Shown piece by piece: positions 38,965 through 48,104 of a DNA stretch of 64,000 nucleotides. Numbering within the stretch: the first letter of the stretch is position 1; the number at the start of each line of letters is the position of its first letter. The notes under the pieces are model-generated. The model had not been told where the DNA came from and did no database searches. It was given only the letters and a program-made list of their open reading frames with translations. A program made the position numbers and the translations under genes. The stretch is taken from the IMG/VR virus record IMGVR_UViG_3300028800_000001, positions 124,001 through 188,000 of that record, one strand, 5' to 3'.

Positions 38965-39322
38965 ACCCACCACCAGTGTCATCCACCTGTTGCAGCACTT
39001 TGACTTCGCCAGGACCGACCAATGGTACCAGATCTTTTTGTTCGCGAGAAAGAGAGCCATACCCTTTGGTAAGTGCCTGAATAAGCGCCATCTTAGATTC
39101 GCTCTTGCTTTCGCCACGCTCTGCCGGAGAGCCCAGGCCAGGACGTGCCATCGCTGTCTCTAGGTGTCCAATACGATCATTCAAGCGATCCATGTGCTGC
39201 TTTGTCTCGCCAGAAACATTGCCAAGCTGCTTGAGCTCTTTATCTTGAACGTCTACGACGCTCTGCATTTCACTCCATGTCGAGCGCATTTCCTCGTACA
39301 TGGTCTTCAAATCAACGCTCAT
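38965..39322 (-). CDS. major capsid protein exon 1 (delta-domain-like coiled coil)
   Basis: CAGGAG RBS; coiled N-terminus ending DDTGGG-T; spliced product is 394 aa (358+827 nt). Confidence 0.9.
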
Positions 39323-39469
39323 GAACTACTACTCCTGTTTTCAAAAAAAAGTCTTTTCACAAGTGGTGTGCTAAACCATCGAAGTGATGCAATCGATTTT
39401 TTAATCGTCGCTCGGCTTCTCTTCAGTCAGGAGTGGTATGATCCGGCTCCAAGACACCAATTCTGCTCA

Positions 39470-39892
39470 CTACTGAATCTGTACGCCTTTTTCGACCCCA
39501 CCAAGGGTGGGCTTGCGTACTGGCGCGGTGAATGCGCTTTTGCTTCCAATCAAACTCTGGTCAGGGGTTGGCTTATTTGCGCCGCCAGTGCCTTGATCAG
39601 GACTGCTGGTATTCGCCTTCCCAATAAGTGACTGATCAGGGCTAGGACGATTAGGTGCGCCTGTGCCCTGATCAGGGCTGGAGCCGCCGCTCGATCCGCT
39701 GCTGGATGCGCTTCCACCATTAAAATCTTTAATGATCGTTGCGTTGTCGGTATCGAGCCCCAATGCATTCTTCCCAATCATCGGGTTACCAGAACCAGGA
39801 TAGGTGCTTCCATTATCAGAAGTACCAGCGCCCCACATTCCAGTTCCATTGTTGTTCACATTTGGATTGTCAATTTTTGCCTTTGCCATCAT
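39470..39892 (-). CDS. Gly/Ser/Pro/Asn-rich low-complexity protein with 25-aa tandem repeat
   Basis: SSPDQGTGxxNxPxPDQSLIG twice; GGAG RBS. Confidence 0.65.
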   Translation of the reverse strand: MMAKAKIDNPNVNNNGTGMWGAGTSDNGSTYPGSGNPMIGKNALGLDTDNATIIKDFNGGSASSSGSSGGSSPDQGTGAPNRPSPDQSLIGKANTSSPDQGTGGANKPTPDQSLIGSKSAFTAPVRKPTLGGVEKGVQIQ

Positions 39893-39900
39893 CGTTCTCC

Positions 39901-41559
39901 TTATGCTTCACTATGCTCACGAATACGCGTTTTCATTTCAGAAAGCAATTTGCGAATATCTTCCATCGAAGTAGAATCCTCTTCTGGCTTCGATTTCTCT
40001 TCTTCCTCAAACTCTTCTTCTTTGATCAGAGGCGCTTCTTCCTCTTTCGTTTGTTCAGTCGGAATCTCTTCCTCAACTGGGAGCTCTTCAGCCTTTTGAT
40101 GACTATTTGGTTTGGTCGGAGCATCATCAAGCGCTGCGCTGTTGGGCACATCCGGCTTCTCATCTTCGTCTTCGTCAGCAGGATTATACGGATTTTTATC
40201 TTCAAGCATGTTCTGCAACTCTTGTACTGCTTCCGCAATACTATCAAGCGCATTGGTGATACGATTTTTCGAGAAAGAAGAAAGTGTACGGCCTTCTTTC
40301 ACATAAGCACGAAGTGCTTGCTTCATGGCCCTGGTCGAGAAGGTGAAGTGCGCAATCGTCATACTCTTTTGCTCAGTAGGATGATCACTCTTCTCGCCAA
40401 TGCCATCGTCATCATCGCCGTCTTCGTCACCGACTCCAGCTTTGACTGCCTCATCCGTCCAGTCCAAAATAGCTTGCTCGAACTGTTTGAGCGAATCTTC
40501 GATCCCCGCTTTGGCGTCACCACCTGCCATATGTAGATGCTCAAAAACACTGGTCATCAGTGCACCAAAGAGGTCGTAGAGTTCTTCAGTTAGTTCATCT
40601 GGCTGGCGATCATTGAGCACAGAGGTGAAATCACGTGGAGATGTATCGTGCTTTGTTTGCATTGATAGTTTTTCATCCTTTTCCGCACTATCGTTATCCC
40701 ATGGAGCAGTAATGGTTTTATCATTAAATTCATTTGCCATTTTTTTATAGTAGGAGGCGATGCGCGTTTTCATAGCTTCGTCGGCATCTCCAAACTCTCC
40801 ACCACCCATTGCGCCTTGTAGAACTGCGGCACACGTCATAATGCCCTTTGGCATCGCAACAGGATTGCCATTGCGAATGAAGCAAAAGGGCATTTTATAA
40901 TCACCAGCGCGGTCATCACTTTCATCATCCACATAAAAGTGCACTGACTTCATTTTTGCGGTATCCAGATCGCCATTCTCGCTTGTGGCCCAGGCAAGGA
41001 TTTCACGATGTGCTCGTGCACCATCCCACGGAGCGTTGCGCTCGCCAAGCGGCCAATCCGTTGACCCGCAAGCCGCTTTCACATTGGTGACCCGCGTGAG
41101 CTCATTGGCAGGAAACGTCACCACAGAACCTTCCCACATACGCAGTTCTAGAAGGTGACGCACCTCGCCGCTGTAGCGCTGTTTAATGGTGTCGTAGCCG
41201 ATAGATAAACCGTCCAAATAGCCCATACGGAGGCCAGAATAGGCTTGCTGCCCACGCGGCGTGGAAAGATCGATCTGTCCTTGAACACGCAGTCCACGAC
41301 CATCTTCCTTCATATTGGTAAAGCCACCAATCGGCTCCTTTGGATCGTGTTGCCAGAGGACGGGAAATAAATATTTTCCACCACGCGACGTGGCATCTTT
41401 AATCGTTTTTTGGAATGCTCCTGGCTCAACGATATCTTTATAGGAGTCGATGTTTCCAAAGACTGAGAGATACCCCTCGAACGAGCCACTCGTCTCGTCA
41501 AGCGCCTTGAATTCTTGCAACACAATATCTTTTGTTTGTGGTGCACTGGTGACTGGCAT
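39901..41559 (-). CDS. HK97-family prohead maturation protease with extra domain and acidic scaffold-like tail
   Basis: FEGYLSVFGNID..D.VEPGAF, LWQHD, GLSIGY, EGSVVTFPAN. Confidence 0.92.
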   Translation of the reverse strand: MPVTSAPQTKDIVLQEFKALDETSGSFEGYLSVFGNIDSYKDIVEPGAFQKTIKDATSRGGKYLFPVLWQHDPKEPIGGFTNMKEDGRGLRVQGQIDLSTPRGQQAYSGLRMGYLDGLSIGYDTIKQRYSGEVRHLLELRMWEGSVVTFPANELTRVTNVKAACGSTDWPLGERNAPWDGARAHREILAWATSENGDLDTAKMKSVHFYVDDESDDRAGDYKMPFCFIRNGNPVAMPKGIMTCAAVLQGAMGGGEFGDADEAMKTRIASYYKKMANEFNDKTITAPWDNDSAEKDEKLSMQTKHDTSPRDFTSVLNDRQPDELTEELYDLFGALMTSVFEHLHMAGGDAKAGIEDSLKQFEQAILDWTDEAVKAGVGDEDGDDDDGIGEKSDHPTEQKSMTIAHFTFSTRAMKQALRAYVKEGRTLSSFSKNRITNALDSIAEAVQELQNMLEDKNPYNPADEDEDEKPDVPNSAALDDAPTKPNSHQKAEELPVEEEIPTEQTKEEEAPLIKEEEFEEEEKSKPEEDSTSMEDIRKLLSEMKTRIREHSEA

Positions 41560-41627
41560 GTGTTCCTCCCCAAATGTACTTGTTGTAATTTGGGTTGGAA
41601 TGAGGAATTTATGAAGAGGTTTCCCTT

Positions 41628-41656
41628 AGTATACTAAAGTTCAGGGAAAAATACAA
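41628..41656 (-). promoter_or_regulatory. sigma70-type promoter for head genes
   Basis: TTGTAT-17 nt-TATACT. Confidence 0.6.
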
Positions 41657-41665
41657 GTTTTTCTT

Positions 41666-41989
41666 TTACGCAATCGCAGGCTCGATATACAGCGTATCTT
41701 CGTAGCGACGTTCAAAACCGGAAAGCATGGTCACATTCAAATAAAGCGTCCAGACTCCAGCCTGATCTGTATCACTTGCAGCCCATTGATAAGCCAATTG
41801 ATTATTTACCACGTCCACGGAAAAACTTCCAGCTCCAATTACGGTCGTATTGCTCACCGCATTATAGAGCTTGAGCGTGAAGTTTGTTGGTGCATATCCT
41901 GTATAGACAAACGTATTTCCCTGATCATCCAAAAGCGTTGGCTGATACGGCGGATCAGTTTGATACTGAAGTAAAGTAAATGATGCCAT
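41666..41989 (-). CDS. BppU-N-like virion structural protein
   Basis: D.P....L.D..G....YQWAASDTDQAG.W; beta-sandwich pattern. Confidence 0.55.
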   Translation of the reverse strand: MASFTLLQYQTDPPYQPTLLDDQGNTFVYTGYAPTNFTLKLYNAVSNTTVIGAGSFSVDVVNNQLAYQWAASDTDQAGVWTLYLNVTMLSGFERRYEDTLYIEPAIA

Positions 41990-41998
41990 TGTTTTCCT

Positions 41999-44900
41999 CT
42001 ATTCAAGAATACGCTCGCTTTGGCGCAAAGAAAGGACAGAATGCTCTGGCGCAAGCGTCAAAATATGTTGCCCACTACTTGTCGTGAGCGCACGTTTATT
42101 GGAAGTTGTTGGAATGATAAAACTACTAAAACTGGCCTGTCGGTCTGTTGCGTGCAAGATATCGATGCTTGCGAGATACACCGTGATGGTGGTCGTTGCC
42201 CGATCAAAATGCACCTCTGTGATGAGCAGATGCTCCTGCATCACAAAGAGCACCACCAACGCAAGCGACTCTTGTATTTGAAGTGGCTCTTGTATGAGTA
42301 CAGTGCGCGAAACCAGGAGGCCATCAGTAGTGTTCAGCGTTTCAGTGAGTGCAACTGCTTGCGTTTCAAGAACGGTTTCGCTCAGCACTGGCGTTTCCGA
42401 GATAAAAACGCTTTGCGTGATAAGACCGCGATCACTGGCACTCAAAAGGTCTACCGTGAGCGCGCTACTAACAAGCGCTATCTGGTCGGTCTGCGTCACA
42501 CTTTCAGCAATAAAGACGGTGCTTTGCTCAAGAACACTCTCTGTGATACTGAGCAACTCAATGCGCGAGAAACTGGCACTCCAGAAGGATGTAATACTCA
42601 GGGATTCAATTGGGACAAACGCTTCTTGTACAGCACAGCCATCACTGATCACGAGCGTTGACTCTGCAACAAAGATGCTTTGAGTCTCTAGCACAGTCTC
42701 AGTGAGCGGATTGCTCTCGCTTACAAAGACGCTGGTTGTATTCAGGCTGATTTCACTGACGCTGAGTACGCCTGTTTCCAGCGCGGCCCTTTGTAACGCC
42801 ATACTTTCCGCAATTGAAAGGAGCGCACTTTCAATCTCAGTTATGATCGCAAGCGGTTGGTCGGCAAGCGAGAGCACGGAAGTTTCTGCGACCGTGATCG
42901 GGTACAGTTGCGATTCAGCGACACTGAGTGCGTCTACAAAAAGCGTCGTCTCACTGGCGTATTCCTGATCGCTGAGCACCCCTGCACTCTCTGTCACCAT
43001 CACAGAACTACTCAGCAGCGTTTGTTCGCTCACCGTGAGCAATTCCACCCTACCAGGGGTTGCACTGAAGAATTCGGTGATACTGAGGGGAGCCGTTTCA
43101 GTTGCCGTCTCTTGTGTGAAGAATGCATCACTGACCGAAAGCAATTCTGCCGCGAGCGGTGTACTGGCAAAGAATGCGCTATCGCTGATAGTGACTGCGT
43201 CGCTCACCACAGAAACCTGACTTGGCGTGGAGAGGTCGCTCACACTGAGTAGCTCAATGATCGTTGGCCCAGTAGTGGTAAAATCCGTGACAAAGTAGAC
43301 ATCCAGGCTCGTGAGCGTGGGAAACAAGAACATGCTCTCGCTCACTGAGACCGGATCAATGGGTAAGAACGTTTCTACGTAGGCAATGCTCTCCACCTGT
43401 GTCAGACCATCAGCAATACTTACGCTTTGCGTGGTAAGTGGTATTTCTACCACCGAGAGCGCTTCGTTGACCGCAAGACTTGTGGTTTCACTAAAGCTCT
43501 CAACCGTACTGAGTCCATCACTAAAAAGTGTATTCTCTGTGAAGAGCAAGGCTTCCGTTTGCGCCAGATTATCAACAAAGAGCGTCTGTTTTGTAAAGAG
43601 TGGCGTATCCGCGATACTAAGCACTACGGTTTCTATAATAGTGAATGCATACAGCGCGGCATCGGTAGCAGTGAGACTTTCTATGGTGAATACGGTGTCT
43701 ACAAAGAATGGTGCTTCCGTTTGTGTCAGACTATCAGTTGGTTGTATGGCCTCTGATAAGAGTGGGGCTTCACTCACGCTGAGTGCGTCAACCGGCTGAA
43801 TAGACTCTGAAAGCAGCGGCGTCTCAGTCACGGAGAGCGCATCTATTGGCTGAATAGTTTCTGAGAAAAGAGAAGTATCAGCGCCACTCAAGCTATCCGT
43901 TTGCGCCACGGTTTGTGTGAGTAAGAAACCATCGCTTGCACTGAGTGCATCCGTTGATGCCATCACCAGCGGAATAATATCGCTTACCAGAAGACTTTCA
44001 ATCGTATTCCAGGTTGTGTTCATGAGCGCGTAGGTTGGCGCGGCCACATGAGCATGGTTGGCAATCTGGACAGGCGTCAAAATGGCTTGATAAATAGCGA
44101 CTTCGTCAATGATGCTAGAAAGATAACTCCCTGCAAAATCAAAGATACTGCCAATTTCTATGGGCGCTTTCGTGCCTGCTGTCGTCAGCGCGCCGTTCAG
44201 GTACACCAGCGTCGTTGTACCCGTTGAAGTCACTGCAACATGTTGACTCACGCCTGCGGTGCTGATCCAAAATTCCAGCGAGAAGACTGACCAGGAAGTA
44301 TAGTTGAGCGTATAGGGAAAGCTAAAGACGCCGGTTGTGCCATCAAAGAGAATTGCTGTGCCACTGTCACCAGCGATGAGCCCCGTTTGCGCAAGCGTAA
44401 AGGTTCCTGAAAGTTTGCCATGTTGATTATTATTGGTAAGATCATGGGCAACGGTGCCCGATGACTCGTTCAAACGATAATACGCCTTCGGACTATCGGC
44501 AAGAATCATCGCAGCATAACTGGCCTGCGCTTCAGAAGCGCAGAGTAAATCAGTAGCGAAAGAAGTCTCTGACAAAAGAGGGGTTTCAGTCACCGTGAGC
44601 GCTTCTGTTGGCTGAAGGGTTTCTGAGAGGAGATAGCTATCACTCACCGAAAGCGAATCAGTCGAGGCCATCGTAACTGTGGTGACCCCCGAACTGTATC
44701 CGGTCGTGAGGATCTCAAAGTTACTATCGCCAGTGCTATTGGTGGAGATACGATTTAAGCGAAAGTTGAGCGCGGCATCTCCACCGGCATTGGTGGTAAT
44801 CGTGACCCAAATATCAGCATACAGCAGATCGCCAGAGACAAAGGTGGTTGAGGCATTGGTTGTGCCCGAAAGTGCATACGTGGTAATTGTACCATTGACC

Positions 44901-46030
44901 GTCTGCCCAGCAAGAGACATATCAATGAGCTGCGTATAGACCCCGCCATTATATTTATACAAGCGAAAATGAAGCGTGCAGCCGGTTACTGACCCTATAA
45001 GCGTGCCATCGGTGTGCCCTGTATTTAAACGCAAGTTCGCGGTATAAGGACCGGCTGCAAGGGTATTACCAACGAGATTGAGAATTGCTGTCTCCAGCAT
45101 AAACCCTTTGCCAGTCGGAGAACCGATAGAACCTGACGCAGCCCAGGCAGAGGCAGTGCCTTGCGCGGTAATTTCACCAAAGGCCGTGGAGGTTCCTATA
45201 AGACTATAGAGCTGCGTCACATTGACGTTATCAGTGCCATGCGTGATGCTCATCTGACTCGTCGTGCCGAGCGTGGAACCTGCGGTATTGGTAAAATAGA
45301 GCGGCAACGCAGTGAGCGCTTTATACGTAATCGAGTCGCTGGCAGAAAGACCATCGCTCGAAGCCATCAGGCTTGCAATACCTATATTGTAGTGAAGAGC
45401 GACTTGCGTCGAGGATAAAACGGTGGAATACCATGCGACTTCATCAATCGTCCCGTTCCAAAAATCAGAGCCCGTAGTATCCGTTCCGATATCAGCAAGA
45501 CTGGCTGTAATACTATACGCATAGGCAGCAGACCCCGCAGAGACGCCATTCACATAGAAGATGGCGGTTGTCCCATTATAAGTCCCTACCAGATGATAAA
45601 GCGTACTCGTGGTAACGGTTGCGGAGCTGACATTGTTAGCGACCCAACTGGAGAGGGTAAACTTACCGGTTGATTGATTGTAGCCAATAGACGCCTGATT
45701 TGCGCCACTATTGGTCCCGAACATCATCACTGTTGGAAAGCCGCTGCTAGGAAGCACTGAGGGTGTTTTCACCCAGGCTTCCATCGTCCAAGAAGAAGCG
45801 CCAGTCGGCAGACTCGTGGTAGGGATCGCAACTTTACTACTTGACCCGTTAAAGAGCACTGAGGGATCAGTATCCCCTTTAATGAGTGCGGTCTGATTGA
45901 GCGTCACGCTGGTATACGTTCCGTTTTGTGCCTGACTGCCAAGATCAGTTGCGACTGTACCGGAAGTTTCTCCTAAACGATAATAGCGAATAGGAGAATC
46001 AGCAAGAACGGTGCTCGAATACAGACTCAC
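41999..46030 (-). CDS. large virion protein with two LamG/ConA domains and long Ser/Thr/Glu-rich repeat stalk
   Basis: DSPIRYYRLGETSG..IDEVAWY and DSPKAYYRLNESSG..IDEVAIY; dozens of LSVSE-type repeats of about 20 aa. Confidence 0.8.
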   Translation of the reverse strand: MSLYSSTVLADSPIRYYRLGETSGTVATDLGSQAQNGTYTSVTLNQTALIKGDTDPSVLFNGSSSKVAIPTTSLPTGASSWTMEAWVKTPSVLPSSGFPTVMMFGTNSGANQASIGYNQSTGKFTLSSWVANNVSSATVTTSTLYHLVGTYNGTTAIFYVNGVSAGSAAYAYSITASLADIGTDTTGSDFWNGTIDEVAWYSTVLSSTQVALHYNIGIASLMASSDGLSASDSITYKALTALPLYFTNTAGSTLGTTSQMSITHGTDNVNVTQLYSLIGTSTAFGEITAQGTASAWAASGSIGSPTGKGFMLETAILNLVGNTLAAGPYTANLRLNTGHTDGTLIGSVTGCTLHFRLYKYNGGVYTQLIDMSLAGQTVNGTITTYALSGTTNASTTFVSGDLLYADIWVTITTNAGGDAALNFRLNRISTNSTGDSNFEILTTGYSSGVTTVTMASTDSLSVSDSYLLSETLQPTEALTVTETPLLSETSFATDLLCASEAQASYAAMILADSPKAYYRLNESSGTVAHDLTNNNQHGKLSGTFTLAQTGLIAGDSGTAILFDGTTGVFSFPYTLNYTSWSVFSLEFWISTAGVSQHVAVTSTGTTTLVYLNGALTTAGTKAPIEIGSIFDFAGSYLSSIIDEVAIYQAILTPVQIANHAHVAAPTYALMNTTWNTIESLLVSDIIPLVMASTDALSASDGFLLTQTVAQTDSLSGADTSLFSETIQPIDALSVTETPLLSESIQPVDALSVSEAPLLSEAIQPTDSLTQTEAPFFVDTVFTIESLTATDAALYAFTIIETVVLSIADTPLFTKQTLFVDNLAQTEALLFTENTLFSDGLSTVESFSETTSLAVNEALSVVEIPLTTQSVSIADGLTQVESIAYVETFLPIDPVSVSESMFLFPTLTSLDVYFVTDFTTTGPTIIELLSVSDLSTPSQVSVVSDAVTISDSAFFASTPLAAELLSVSDAFFTQETATETAPLSITEFFSATPGRVELLTVSEQTLLSSSVMVTESAGVLSDQEYASETTLFVDALSVAESQLYPITVAETSVLSLADQPLAIITEIESALLSIAESMALQRAALETGVLSVSEISLNTTSVFVSESNPLTETVLETQSIFVAESTLVISDGCAVQEAFVPIESLSITSFWSASFSRIELLSITESVLEQSTVFIAESVTQTDQIALVSSALTVDLLSASDRGLITQSVFISETPVLSETVLETQAVALTETLNTTDGLLVSRTVLIQEPLQIQESLALVVLFVMQEHLLITEVHFDRATTTITVYLASIDILHATDRQASFSSFIIPTTSNKRALTTSSGQHILTLAPEHSVLSLRQSERILE

Positions 46031-46042
46031 GTAGTACCCCTT

Positions 46043-47482
46043 CTAATCGGCAAGCCAAATATAGGTAGGCGCGGCACCTGAATAAGTAATGACAAAAGAT
46101 TGGCGCGCTGGCACACGATACGGTACGCCTGCCGTGGGCACACTGCCGACGTTTGTACCACCGATAGTAAATGCCGTCATCGTATTAATGGCCGTGAAGA
46201 TAATTTGAATATCATTCTGGCTACTGTTTCCCGTAAAAGGTGAGGCACCAATAGCAGTCGGTGTGATAGATCCGCGAGGATTATATCCAATGCAACTCCT
46301 CACAATTTGTGGTGTACCTGCAAACGTAGTGCTTGGCGTGTTACCGGTTCCTGCGAAATGACAGCCAAAGAAATATCCTCTGTGATTGGTATCATTGATC
46401 GCGTTCGTGACGAGTCCTGCACCAGAGCCAACAGGGCTTTGAAAGATGCACCCTTCAAAATAACTGTTTCCTGCGCTTTGGCTATCGTTCACTTCGTACG
46501 CAGTCGTATTGCTCTGATTGTTGGTGGCCCAGTTGCAGTCTTTAAACGTAATTGGCCCACCTGTACCTGAAATATTCACACCATCAGCATTCGAGTGTTT
46601 AAAGAGCATACTAGTGAATTTAATATTATTCGCAGCCGTAATCTGTACGGCCTGATTGCCGTTTTGTGCCACACCACCAATAAAGGTGATATTGTTGGGA
46701 TCAGCGCTTCCGGTTTCAACCAGAATTGTTGGACTCACGGTTCCGGTCGTGATCATACCTACGTCAATATTTATTATGGTGTTGCTAGCTCCACCCTTAA
46801 TATGAATAGCGGAACCGGATACAGAGCCACCGGCAACGGCCCCTCCAACATTGGTCAACTGACAGTCGTTAATATCCTCCAAGAAAAAACCATCACCATT
46901 GTCAATGACTTCCAAGAGAATATCAGAGAGCAGATTTTGCCCAACAAAGTTTGAGCCAGTCACCCCCTTAATATGAATGCCTTGTGCGCAGTGATTGATG
47001 TGGATCGCGTGCATGATAGCTGCCACATTGTTGACGCCTGCGGTGCCAATGCTCTCTATGGCCCAGCCATTCATATAATAGATCTGCAAGCCAGAAAGAT
47101 ATGCGATGCGTGCGCCGGTTATTTCAATACCATTAGCGGCTGGATTGCCAGAGGAGGTAGAATTGGCATACTTAATATAAAGATCACGCACCCCACAACC
47201 ATCAGCCGTAATGCCGATAATTTGCGCACCGCTAAAACCGGCTGTCGGTCGCAGAATGGTTCCTGGCCCTGCACCAACTATATGCGTATTTGCGGTAGAG
47301 AGCGAAAGTGGCGAAGATATTTGATACGTACCAACAGGGAGAAGAACAGTGCCACCCGCAGAGGCAGCAGTAATCGCGGCTGCAATGGCCGTCGTATCAT
47401 CGGTCACACCATCGCCAGCCGCGCCGTATTGTTTCGCATTGTAATAAATGGGAGGGACAAGCGCTGTAAAAGCCATACACAT
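46043..47482 (-). CDS. tailspike/depolymerase-like right-handed beta-helix protein
   Basis: NAKQYGAAGDGVTDDTTAI..A..GGTVLLPVGTY (pectate lyase 3-type start), parallel beta-helix repeats. Confidence 0.8.
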   Translation of the reverse strand: MCMAFTALVPPIYYNAKQYGAAGDGVTDDTTAIAAAITAASAGGTVLLPVGTYQISSPLSLSTANTHIVGAGPGTILRPTAGFSGAQIIGITADGCGVRDLYIKYANSTSSGNPAANGIEITGARIAYLSGLQIYYMNGWAIESIGTAGVNNVAAIMHAIHINHCAQGIHIKGVTGSNFVGQNLLSDILLEVIDNGDGFFLEDINDCQLTNVGGAVAGGSVSGSAIHIKGGASNTIINIDVGMITTGTVSPTILVETGSADPNNITFIGGVAQNGNQAVQITAANNIKFTSMLFKHSNADGVNISGTGGPITFKDCNWATNNQSNTTAYEVNDSQSAGNSYFEGCIFQSPVGSGAGLVTNAINDTNHRGYFFGCHFAGTGNTPSTTFAGTPQIVRSCIGYNPRGSITPTAIGASPFTGNSSQNDIQIIFTAINTMTAFTIGGTNVGSVPTAGVPYRVPARQSFVITYSGAAPTYIWLAD

Positions 47483-47548
47483 CCTCGCAAAAAGCTAGAA
47501 AACTTCTAAGAATTTGAGAGGAATGTATATTTTTGTAAAAAAAAGAAA

Positions 47549-47740
47549 TTAGCTCAGGGCAACCTGCCCTTTATAGTCGGCAAGCGCCTCAACGTTCGAA
47601 AGATCAGTCGGATCAGGATCTTCCCACTCCCACACCGTAAAATCAGTGCGCGCACCAACAAGATTGGTTCCGATCAGTGCGCCGATTTCTTGAATAGTCG
47701 TCTCATCAATAGCTGCGGTCACAACGGTAATGCGTGTCAT
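47549..47740 (-). CDS. small hypothetical protein, paralog B
   Basis: WEWEDPDPTDLS motif shared with neighbour. Confidence 0.65.
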   Translation of the reverse strand: MTRITVVTAAIDETTIQEIGALIGTNLVGARTDFTVWEWEDPDPTDLSNVEALADYKGQVALS

Positions 47741-47751
47741 TGCTATACCTC

Positions 47752-47940
47752 CTAACTAATTTCAACAGTGCCAATATAGGCAGCGTTGCCTTCAATCGTA
47801 GAAAGATCGGTCGGATCAGGGTTTGTCCAACTCCAGATATAAAAATCAGAGCCCGATCCAATCATTTCAACGCCATCAAAGTTATTCAGGTCGCCACGAA
47901 TAGTCTGATCTTTTTCAGTCAGCACAACGTATTTGCTCAT
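47752..47940 (-). CDS. small hypothetical protein, paralog A
   Basis: WSWTNPDPTDLS motif; GGAG RBS. Confidence 0.65.
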   Translation of the reverse strand: MSKYVVLTEKDQTIRGDLNNFDGVEMIGSGSDFYIWSWTNPDPTDLSTIEGNAAYIGTVEIS

Positions 47941-47996
47941 AAAGACTCCTTGTAAAAAATGGGGGTTTGAGAGGATTTTTCACATGAAGATTTGCA

Positions 47997-48046
47997 TTGT
48001 CTTGAGGTATTGTTCGTAGTATACTACGCATATATAGGGTTGTCCA
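47997..48046. promoter_or_regulatory. overlapping divergent promoters sharing a palindromic -10 region
   Basis: palindrome CGTAGTATACTACG at 48015-48028; + strand TTGTCT-17-TATACT, - strand TGGACA-17-TATACT. Confidence 0.5.
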
Positions 48047-48104
48047 GCAGGCGCAAGAACACCTCTGGACGCGACATTATTAAATCTTATGGAGGATCAA
48101 TAAC

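Noticed and set aside
39739-40536. Long antisense ORFs (also 34279-34962, 15629-16345, 60380-60997)
   Set aside because: They are shadows of well-supported minus-strand genes, with no motifs or RBS.
42100-44000. Periodic repeats as a CRISPR array or DGR template/variable repeats
   Set aside because: The repeats are degenerate, in-frame protein repeats of one ORF; no reverse transcriptase or adenine-specific mismatch pair was seen.
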